Positions 1-8,163 of a DNA stretch of 14,578 bases are shown piece after piece. Within the stretch, counting starts at the first letter, position 1; the number at the start of each line of letters is the position of its first letter. The stretch spans positions 1 through 14,578 of the forward strand of contig JAQGDQ010002112.1 in assembly GCA_030141605.1 (NCBI GenBank), given 5' to 3'. The DNA is from Tubiluchus corallicola (taxonomy: Eukaryota > Animalia > Priapulida). The notes under the pieces were generated by a model, which was given only the letters and a program-made list of their open reading frames with translations, made no database searches and was not told the DNA's origin. Position numbers and translations under genes: made by a program.

Positions 1-82
1 TCTCTCTCTCCCCCCTCTCTCTCTCTCTCTCCCCTCTCTCTCTCCCCCTCTCTCTCCCCTCTCTCCCCCCTCTCTCTCTCTC
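1..82. repeat. (CT)n polypyrimidine microsatellite interrupted by C-runs
   Basis: Only C and T from base 1 to about 82; truncated by the window edge. Confidence 0.95.
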
Positions 83-497
83 CACCATCACATTATTCGC
101 TTCCATAATAAATCCTACCCCGAAGCTTTGGCACTAAGGGCGCATCCAAGCTTCAGATTCGCTTATTCTTACTAATTAATGATCTGCTAAGCAACACTGA
201 ATTTAAATAAGTTAACATACAATTAAATATTAAATTAATTGAATGCAAATGTTCATTTTTTTCGGTTAGTGAATACAACTATAGCCTTTAGTTGCCTTCT
301 TATTGTGAAATGGTCATTCCTAATTACCAATATTTACCTAAAAGTGTGTGGTGTTCAACAAACTGTGTCTATAGTTTAAGAGCAAAAGTCGTTTCAATGA
401 CCTCGCTACTGCAAGTTCGGTTAGTAGAGTGCTGATCAGTAAAGTAACATGGCCACTTCGTAGACTAGCGTGTTCAGTGAATTGTGATAACATTAAA

Positions 498-536
498 ATG
501 TTGCGGTCATTGCTTAGAAAACGCACTTTGCTTTTG
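498..536 (+). CDS. Predicted coding exon 1 of the luciferase-like acyl-CoA synthetase (MLRSLLRKRTLLL), start of a mitochondrial-presequence-like peptide
   Basis: AAAATG start context at 495-500 and 13 sense codons, then a consensus donor TTG|GTAAGT (537-542). Phase 0 matches the phase-0 acceptor at 2136/2137. The peptide is Arg/Leu/Ser-rich with no acidic residues. Confidence 0.7.
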
Positions 537-660
537 GTAAGTTGTTAAACTGAATAGTTCAGTAGTTCAATAATACCTTGGAAATAAGTTCTAAAAACAA
601 AAGGAAATAAAAAATGTGATACTGCCACTCTTTACCACAGATGTGCAGACAAGCTAGTGT

Positions 661-1274
661 TAGTTTAAACATAATTTATTTAGGATTTGATCAGACAGTT
701 TGAACAACATGATTTAGGATCCTCACCACAACAGACTTTATTCACTATTTACAAGAACATTTACAGTGAGAATAGACTATAACTACACAAGCTGACAAGT
801 TTTACTACAAGATTACATTGGACATTAGTAACATTTACAGTAAGAATAGGCTATAACTACACAAGCTGACAAGTTTTACTACAAGATTACATTAGACATT
901 AGTAACATTTACAGTAAGAATAGACTATAAGTACACAAGCTGACAAGTTTTACTACAAGATTACATTAGACATTAGTAACATTTACAGTAAGAATAGACT
1001 ATAACTACACAAGCTGACAAGTTTTACTACAAGATTACATTAGACATTAGTAACATTTACAGTAAGAATAGACTATAACTACACAAGCTGACAAGTTTTA
1101 CTACAAGATTACATTGGACATTAGTAACATTTACAGTAAGAATAGGCTATAACTACACAAGCTGACAAGTTTTACTACAAGATTACATTAGACATTAGTA
1201 ACATTTACAGTAAGAATAGACTATAAGTACACAAGCTGACAAGTTTTACTACAAGATTACATTAGACATTAGTA
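661..1274. mobile_element. Dispersed repeat element, copy 1: about 95-bp non-tandem flank plus a 74-bp tandem array
   Basis: 661-755 (TAGTTTAAACATAATTTATTTAG...GGATCCTCACCACAACAGACTTTA...) recurs nearly identically at 14050-14143, each time followed by the same 74-bp array. Sequences upstream of the two copies are unrelated. The right boundary may extend past 1274. Confidence 0.7.
756..1274. repeat. 74-bp minisatellite, 7 copies
   Basis: Unit AACATTTACAGTAAGAATAGACTATAACTACACAAGCTGACAAGTTTTACTACAAGATTACATTAGACATTAGT starts at 756, 830, 904, 978, 1052, 1126 and 1200. Confidence 0.97.
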
Positions 1275-1771
1275 GAAAATGGCGGTTAGAAAATATTAAT
1301 GTACGAATATTTAAGACTGATGCATTTCATATCAGGTAGAAACTACTGGAAGCGATTAGTACGTAATATAAAGTGATGTACGCATAATAAATTAATTACA
1401 CACTTTACTGCTTCTCATCAAACATTATTATTCGAAAAGGCAGATAATGTGGACAGTATAATTTTACTACAAGCAGAATGATAAGTCAAAAAGTCAATTC
1501 TTTATTACGGGCATTTAAAAACGTTTATAGCCAAAACAACACAGCTTTATCGAAACGTTTGGCATGATTTTTGACTACGTGAATTCGAAGTTTTAATAAA
1601 GTTGTCTTGTTTTGACTATAAATAAAATGCACTTGAAAGAAATTTAAGGTTTAGCACATTTGACATTCGCTTGTTGTTCTCAACTAATATTAAATAGCTA
1701 TGCGTTCATGCCTTAGAGTAAAGAGGACCTGTTAAACTATGTTAAAAGCATCAGATTACGATAGATAATTA

Positions 1772-2064
1772 TGTTGATGAATGCTGGCATGAAGCCCAGT
1801 TAAGGAGTGGTGTCACGTGAGCAAGTGATTCAGAACCGAAGCGTCGAAGCTCGGCGCACGGGATATAAGCCTTGTGATGCGCCCAGCTCAGGGGATTGAG
1901 TCTGGAAGCTGAAGGAGAGCAAGCTAGATCAGGGGGCTTGGCATTACTATCTGTTATATTTATTGTGTTTGATGTTTAATAAACGTGTAGTTTTATAATC
2001 AGACTCTTCATAGTTTTGCCATCCCTAAAACACCAATAATCAGCTTCACACAACCAATACAACG
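1772..2064 (+). mobile_element. Probable solo LTR (293 bp; BEL/Pao- or Gypsy-type)
   Basis: Starts TGTTG (1772) and ends CAACG (2060-2064, one mismatch from CAACA). Flanked by the 5-bp direct repeat AATTA (1767-1771 and 2065-2069). Internal order is a GC-richer U3-like part, TATAAG (1864-1869), then AATAAA (1978-1983). Confidence 0.6.
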
Positions 2065-2136
2065 AATTATTTTTACTCTTAGGTTATATTGTAAACTTAA
2101 CTTTAGAATAATAAATTTTCAATATTATTCTTTTAG

Positions 2137-3768
2137 GAACCTCAACGTTTACTTGTGACAACATGCTGTAGCCGTTCTGCGCATGTCCAACAAACAGAAA
2201 ACGGCATACTGCGAAGTAGAATAGACCCCGTGCCAATTCCAGAATTTAGCAATCTTGCCGAATGTGTCCTGTCACAGTTTAAGAAGCACGGATACAGAAC
2301 AGCGTTTACAGACTGGCAGACGGGTCAGCAGCATTCTTTCGCTGAGGTGTATGATAGAATTGCTTTTGCGGGGAGTGGTCTGCGCAGGGAAGGTTTTGAA
2401 CCTGGTGATGTACTCTCCATAGTGACACCAAACACGACTGACTTCTCTGTGCCGTTCTTAGCAGCTATTTCCCTAGGTGGCGCTGTGTCTGGCATAAATC
2501 CATCTTTCACCTCAGAAGAAATAAGTCATCTATTAAACGTCAATGGAGCTAAGTATGTTTTGGTGCATCCTTCGTGTGGCGAAGCCGTACTGAAAGCTGT
2601 GAAGGGCTGCAATCGACACATGAAACTCTACAGTTTCGGTGGAGAAATTCATCAACTAAAACCCTTCGAAAAGTTGTACGAAGAAAGAGGTGACCTGTTT
2701 GACGTTGTTCCGGTGGACGTTAAAAACACCGTAGCCATACTTCCGTTTTCCAGCGGAACAACAGGCTTTCCAAAGGCTGTCATGTTAACCCATCATAATT
2801 TCCTGCATGATTATTTGCAGTTTACCAACTATGAACAAGCATACATTGACTCTACATACAGAAGACTGAGTCTGATGCCAAACTATCATATCTATGGTAT
2901 TTGCGTTGATGTTTCAGTTCCAATGTCGGGATCTCATATTATCATCCAAAAAAGTTTCGATCCCAAAGAATATTTGGAAGCAATACAGACGCAACGCATC
3001 AATTATTTATACACGGTGCCACCAATCATCAACTTCTTGCTGAAACATCCCCTTGTCGACCAATATGATCTCTCTTCGGTTGAGAACATCCTTTGTGCAG
3101 CTGCTGCTTTGGGACCAGACACGTCCGAGCAACTCATGGACAAGTTTCCAAGCATAAATGTTCTACAGCAGGGTTGGGGCATGACTGAGCTGAGCCCAGT
3201 TGCCACCATGACCACCAGATTTGACTACCAGCTCGGCTCTTCTGGTAAATTAATTCCAACAGCAGAAGCAAAGTTCACAGAAATTGACTCTGGTCAAGTG
3301 CTAGGCCAAAATGAGACGGGAGAGATATGGATTCGAGGGCCAATTGTCATGAAAGGTTATCTGAACAACGAAAAGGCAACTAATGAAACTATAGTTGATG
3401 GATGGCTGAGGACAGGAGATGTCGGTTACTATAACGACAACGAGGAATTTTTCATAACGGATCGTGTAAAAGAATTGATTAAGTACAAAGGTTTACAGGT
3501 CGCCCCGGCAGAATTGGAGGAACTGATTTCTATGCATCCTGGCGTTGCTGATGTGGGAGTAGTTGGTATAGCTGATGAAAGAGCAGGAGAGCTCCCTAAA
3601 GCTTTTGTAGTGAAGAAGTCGGCTGAGCTGACACAAGATGACGTCATCAAACACGTGGAGGCAAATGCTGCCTCCCACAAATGGCTTCGCGGTGGAGTTG
3701 AATTTCTCGAAACGCTGCCAAGAAATCCTACAGGAAAAATCCTACGTAGAAAACTCCGGGAGTCGTAA
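2137..3768 (+). CDS. Firefly-luciferase-like / 4-coumarate:CoA ligase-like acyl-CoA synthetase (ANL superfamily AMP-binding enzyme), main coding exon
   Basis: Open frame from 2137 (EPQRLLVTTCC...) to TAA at 3766-3768. Adenylate-forming motifs in order: P-loop FSSGTTGFPK (2746-2775), YHIYG, QGWGMTE (3169-3189), GEIWIRGPIVMKGY, DGWLRTGD, DRVKELIKYKGLQVAPAELE, and PRNPTGKILRR with the catalytic Lys (3736-3738). The ORF-track start at 2155 is a GTG; the first in-frame ATG in this exon is at 2620. Confidence 0.95.
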   Translation, partial: EPQRLLVTTCCSRSAHVQQTENGILRSRIDPVPIPEFSNLAECVLSQFKKHGYRTAFTDWQTGQQHSFAEVYDRIAFAGSGLRREGFEPGDVLSIVTPNTTDFSVPFLAAISLGGAVSGINPSFTSEEISHLLNVNGAKYVLVHPSCGEAVLKAVKGCNRHMKLYSFGGEIHQLKPFEKLYEERGDLFDVVPVDVKNTVAILPFSSGTTGFPKAVMLTHHNFLHDYLQFTNYEQAYIDSTYRRLSLMPNYHIYGICVDVSVPMSGSHIIIQKSFDPKEYLEAIQTQRINYLYTVPPIINFLLKHPLVDQYDLSSVENILCAAAALGPDTSEQLMDKFPSINVLQQGWGMTELSPVATMTTRFDYQLGSSGKLIPTAEAKFTEIDSGQVLGQNETGEIWIRGPIVMKGYLNNEKATNETIVDGWLRTGDVGYYNDNEEFFITDRVKELIKYKGLQVAPAELEELISMHPGVADVGVVGIADERAGELPKAFVVKKSAELTQDDVIKHVEANAASHKWLRGGVEFLETLPRNPTGKILRRKLRES

Positions 3769-3872
3769 TTGGGGCTTTTTGTGATGTCCCTTAAAGCTTT
3801 CTTAATTTCTCTGCACTTTTACGTTCAATATCGAGAATCTCTCTACGTGGTTTAGTTATATATATGTATACC

Positions 3873-3954
3873 ATTAAAATATGTACCATTAAAATACATT
3901 GATAATCACTGATAAAAACTTTACAGAGATGATCAATCAGTGTTGGTTAATAAA
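3873..3954 (+). terminator. Candidate polyadenylation signals of the acyl-CoA synthetase gene
   Basis: ATTAAA at 3873-3878 and 3888-3893 (within a 15-bp-period duplication) and AATAAA at 3949-3954, 105-185 nt after the stop. Which is used is unknown. Confidence 0.4.
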
Positions 3955-4080
3955 AACTTACACTGCTAAAGGCAAATGCGTCAGTGCAATCTAAACCACT
4001 GTGCAGTAATGGAAAGTAACGACGAATAAAATCAAACATATTTACAACTATGCACAAAAAATGAAAAAACTATGATTTAA

Positions 4081-5165
4081 TTAATCTGGCCGTGGATATA
4101 TGAATTCTGAATTAGTGTGTATGTTGTCGTACTGGTGTGATGGTATTTCATATCTGGTTAATATTAATGATTTTAATTTTGTTTTAAATGCTGATAGGGA
4201 CTTGATTTGTTTAACGTGTAATGGTAGAGAATTCCAAAGTAGAATTGCTTGTTTGATTACAGAGTTCGTTCCATAGTGGGTATTTGTCCTAATTTGTTTT
4301 AGATTGCTTGTTCTGGAAATAACGATAGGATTTGGAAAAAACGTAAATCTGTTATTCTGGAATGGTTTGCTGATGTCGTTAATGTATTTAAATATAAAAA
4401 GCAGAGTAAAATATTCTTTGTGTGCTTCAATGATTGGGAATTTTAAAGTTTTTCTCAGGTTAGTTGTTGAAGCTTTGAATTTTTGTCTACCTGCCTTATG
4501 TTTGTATTAATTTCCCAAGCTATCAATCTCAACGCATAGTTTTGAAGGAGATTTAATTTTAAGTAATTTTCTCTTTTGGTTTTTTGACGTAGCGTACATC
4601 CATATAAGAAGTGTGGTAGAACTAAAGTTTTATATATTAGTGTTTTAGTTTCCTTTGTTAGTTGCCCTTTAACTTGTCGGAGATATGATGCCATTTTTGT
4701 GTATATGTTATTAAAGTGATCATCCCATGAAAGATTATTGTCTACCTGTATGCCCAGGAATTTAACATTGTTAGTTTGTTTGATTACAGCATTATCTATT
4801 ATCAAAGTGGTTGATGATGGATCATTAGTATTTAATGAGGGTGACAGTATCATGAATTCTGTTTTGTCATTATTCATTTTTAGCTTGTAATGACTAAATG
4901 CCATATTTATATTTTTTATATATTCTTCTAAATAATTTTTTGCAGTTTGGATATTTTCATGGGCTATGTAGATTGTAGTGTCATCAGCGTATTGCGTTAT
5001 TTGTGAGTGTTGTAATACACTGGATATGTTGTTTATATATAGGCAAAATAATAACGGACCTCGTAGTGTTCCATGCGGTATACCTCTGTTTAACGTGGCC
5101 CAGTCAGAAAAGTTGGTTGTATCTAACTTTACTCGTTGTTGTCTATCTTTGATGTTTATAGTTAA
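4081..5165 (-). mobile_element. 5'-truncated non-LTR retrotransposon (CR1/L2/Rex-like LINE), ORF2 reverse transcriptase C-terminal half, frameshifted
   Basis: Minus frame open from about 5165 reads DRQQRVKLD..SDW..NRGIPHGTLRGPLLFCLYINNI..QYADDT (YADD at 4991-4980), then LKMNNDKTEFM, VKFLGIQVDNNLSWDDH, LIYKTLVLPHFLYG and LQNYALRLI. After a frameshift near 4510 a second frame gives LLWNSLPLHVKQIKSLSAFKTKLK and stops at 4083-4081. The 3' UTR probably extends toward about 3900. Confidence 0.92.
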
Positions 5166-5427
5166 TTATTTTAATATTCCTTTCATTTTTATACAATTCA
5201 GGAACCCAGTATTCAATGCTCAAAGGGATACTACTGTTTATTAATTTTGGCGGGACTACAATCGAGCTTATTATAAATGATAATTCCGTAGAAGGCGTGC
5301 TAAACTAACATGATGATTTAGCCAGGTTGGGGGGTGGGGGTGGGGGTGTAAATTCACATACCATTCAAGAACTAAAGAAATAAACAGGAATTGCTATGGT
5401 AAAGTTTTGTGAAACCACCTGGCGTGA

Positions 5428-5735
5428 AACCCAAACATGGATCAGGACTAACCTAAACATGGATCAGGACTAACCTAAACATGGATCAGGACTAACCTAA
5501 ACATGGATCAGGACTAACCTAAACATGGATCAGGACTAACCTAAACATGGATCAGGACTAACCTAAACATGGATCAGGACTAACCTAAGCATGGATCAGG
5601 ACGAACCTAAACATGGATCAGGACTAACCTAAACATGGATCAGGACTAACCTAAACATAGATCAGGACTAACCCAAACATGGATCAGGACTAAGCTAAAC
5701 ATGGATCAGGACTAACCTAAATATGGATCAGGACT
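5428..5735. repeat. 22-bp minisatellite, 14 copies
   Basis: Unit AACCTAAACATGGATCAGGACT; 308 bp equals 14 units with scattered single substitutions. Confidence 0.97.
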
Positions 5736-5854
5736 CAATTGTTTAGATTCAATCTCATTTTAATTTACTGTCCGAAATATACATTTTTTGTCTATAAAAG
5801 TTAACAGTTGTTTCTTATATTTGAATATTTAGCTTAAAAAGTTAATTAAGGTTA

Positions 5855-6174
5855 ACGGCAACCGAACACAGGTACTGCTTACGTCAGAAACTAACCACAG
5901 TTTGTGCAATGGCAGGCGCCTTCCTTTGCGCGTCAAGCACATTTGCATAAGTGTTACAGTACTGCTTAAACGCATCATGTCACGAAAAATGGGCTCTACA
6001 TCATATGACGTCATGAAACTAACACTGCAGTTCATGATCATGGTTATCACGGTAACGCCTTCTATTTATCGGCCACCAGAATGTGACAAAAAGGCGCCGC
6101 TGCCAGTCTTAATAGGTTCACTGAGCCGCGCGCAGCTTTGAAAGTTTAACAAAATTTGAGCATCCGAGGTAATT
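5855..6174 (+). promoter_or_regulatory. CpG-enriched promoter-like patch with octamer and CRE motifs
   Basis: Locally GC/CpG-rich. ATTTGCAT at 5941-5948, palindromic ATGACGTCAT at 6005-6014, and a donor-like GAG|GTAATT at 6169. It could instead be transposon-internal sequence. Confidence 0.3.
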
Positions 6175-6390
6175 ATTATTTAATCTAAGCTTTGATTTAA
6201 AATAAGTTATCGTAGTTTTCAATATTGTAGAGCATTCTTTATTCTGAACTCGTGTTTACAGAACAGCAGCAAGTGAACTTTCGAGTAGTAGGTAAACTGA
6301 GTCATTTTCTGACGTACGGATGCGCCATCACAGCTAGCATAGCTAGTAGTAATTAATTACCCGAATGCGACTTTACATCCAGGTTATTAA

Positions 6391-6849
6391 AGGATAAGAA
6401 ACCCATTTATTTACAAGAAGCTAAAAAAATTCGACCTGAAATTTTGTATCACCTACACACAGTCTTATTGTGCAGAGAGCTTGCATTAGAAACAACGCTA
6501 CATTAAACTTGAAAATTTAAACTCCTGCGATGACAAGTAGGTCCGCCATTTTGAAACGTTTAAATAACATGTCGCTAACTTTGCCAACACTTCACTAACT
6601 AAGCAAAAGTATAAATCATTTTGTCTTGTCTATAAGATTAAAAATGTGTTTTTGGTGAGCCAGTGATGCACACTGGGACGGTAAGTCAGTGACGTTTTAC
6701 CAGATTGGCGCGAACATTTATTTTAAATTACTGGAAATTTTCTTTTCTAGTTACATAAGCCTTTGAAGCAGGTAAGCATAATGCTAAGTAACATAATTAC
6801 GGTGGAAATCTTTTTGGGACGCACAGTTTAAATTGTCTTTTCTTACCCT
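6391..6849. mobile_element. Non-autonomous DNA transposon with TTAA target-site duplication, Kolobok-like (459 bp)
   Basis: TTAA at 6387-6390 and 6850-6853. Terminal inverted repeats AGGATAAGAAA (6391-6401) and TTTCTTACCCT (6839-6849; reverse complement AGGGTAAGAAA), 10/11 match. Weak subterminal inverted similarity 32-34 bp inside each end. Purine-purine termini fit Kolobok rather than piggyBac. Confidence 0.6.
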
Positions 6850-7281
6850 TTAAGAGAAACGTATTACAAATTGATAAACTAAAACAAAGTATCTGTTTGC
6901 AACGTAATTATTATTATTTCTGTTCTATTATAATGCACGAGATTTCGCCTTGCTTAAAACTGCACGTTAATGTAACGCTTACAATTGACTATAATGTTAT
7001 TTACAACCAAAACAATAAGTTACAATAACAGCAGATATAAACTAATTATTACAGAAGTTCTTAATAGCACTAGTTATACATACTGTACTCGTACTAGTGT
7101 AATTCATAGCACCTCCTATTATCATTATAGTTTTAGTCTAGTATTTTAGTTCATACATGTATTATTGTTATTATTATTATTATTATACATGTAATGATTA
7201 ATAATGTAGTGCTAAATGCTGTATTGGTTATTGCTACCAAACACGTTATATAACAGGCCTAACGGCAGAACCAACACTGAC

Positions 7282-7398
7282 ACTTTTTAGAACCAAACAA
7301 GAAAGGAAGTGTGAAAAAGTCGGGTCTAAGTCTGGACTTGAACCAGTAACCTTTGGATTACGGTTCTAACTATATAACCAGTACATCGTAATGCAGCT
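7282..7398 (-). mobile_element. tRNA-derived SINE-like element (degenerate tRNA head plus short tail)
   Basis: Minus strand shows an A-box-like CGATGTACTGGTTA (7388-7375), a T-arm CTGG-TTCAAGT-CCAG with B box GGTTCAAGTCC (7344-7334), then CCCGACTTTTT. It does not form a full cloverleaf. The tail matches 8881-8931 in the opposite orientation. Confidence 0.65.
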
Positions 7399-7540
7399 TG
7401 GCAGGTTTTGATCTAATCTTATATTAGACAACAGACAATCCTTTGAAAAGGCAATTTTATTTAGGCAAGCTAATGTAATTGCTACGTAATTAGATTAAAT
7501 TTGCAATTGAAAGTTAATTCATTTCTAAACGTCATTTTCA

Positions 7541-7725
7541 GATGATGATGATAAGTAGGATCACGATAACGACGATCACGATGATGATGACGATGACGAC
7601 GATGATGTTGATGATGATGATGACGACGATGATGATGATGATGATGATGGTGGTGACGATGATGATGATGATGATGATGATGACGACGACGACGACGATG
7701 ATGATGATGGTGATGATGATCATGG

Positions 7726-7764
<39 letters not shown>

Positions 7765-7786
7765 CGACGACGACGACGACGACGAC

Positions 7787-7825
<39 letters not shown>

Positions 7826-7849
7826 AATGATGATGATGACGATGACGAT
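7541..7849. repeat. (GAT/GAC)n trinucleotide microsatellite, about 103 triplets
   Basis: GAT with interspersed GAC, GGT, CAC and AAT triplets, in register. It produces the spurious poly-Met and poly-Ile ORFs in the track. Confidence 0.97.
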
Positions 7850-8163
7850 ATATAACAACAATTATAAATCCTTCAAGCCGAATAAAAGGCGGGAAAATGG
7901 GGAATGAATCTGGATTCAGAAATTTGGTAAATGTGGATTAGTAAACTGGAAAAGTCCACTATTAGTAATAAATTTGCACTTAAGATTATAAACAGTCAGT
8001 TAATTAAGAACGAGTTAATCAACGCTCTAAGTTAATAGCAAAAGAACTAACTTAATTAGTTAATAATTACCTTAACGTCAGGAATCTAATACTTGACAAT
8101 ATAAGATTGACCTTGCTTAGCCACCTAGGATTATTGAATTGAATTATTAATCTACGCAACAAG

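Larger units (their letters stand above)
537..2136 (+). other. Predicted 1600-bp GT-AG intron of the acyl-CoA synthetase gene
   Basis: GTAAGT at 537, pyrimidine tract ending TTCTTTTAG at 2136, and a CTTAAC branch-like motif at 2096-2101. The acceptor TAG is the in-frame stop that bounds the long ORF upstream. Confidence 0.65.

Noticed and set aside
2155-2157. GTG start codon of a prokaryote-style 537-aa gene
   Set aside because: There is no Shine-Dalgarno sequence, the context is eukaryotic, and the frame is open back to a splice acceptor at 2136 that matches an upstream ATG exon.
2325-3680. Short minus-strand ORFs inside the enzyme gene
   Set aside because: They are antisense shadows of the real coding exon.
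2137-3768. Calling the gene a true firefly luciferase or plant 4CL
   Set aside because: Family motifs are shared across ANL enzymes. The luciferin-pocket equivalents (R218, R337, S347) appear substituted and there is no PTS1, so no symbol was assigned.
4304-5244. Plus-strand ORFs 4304-4510 and 4978-5244
   Set aside because: They are antisense shadows of the LINE reverse transcriptase frames.
5325-5346. G-quadruplex motif GGTTGGGGGGTGGGGGTGGGGG
   Set aside because: It has only three separated runs of three or more G plus a GG, so it is marginal, and there is no functional context.
5829-6141. Overlapping 73-aa and 79-aa ORFs (also 338-526 and 13504-13698)
   Set aside because: They are short, mostly have non-ATG starts, and contain no recognisable motifs.
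7314-7398. Functional tRNA gene
   Set aside because: The T-arm and B box are present, but the acceptor, D and anticodon stems do not pair properly. It is better explained as a SINE head.
7538-7907. Poly-Met and poly-Ile ORFs
   Set aside because: These are reading-frame artefacts of the (GAT)n microsatellite.
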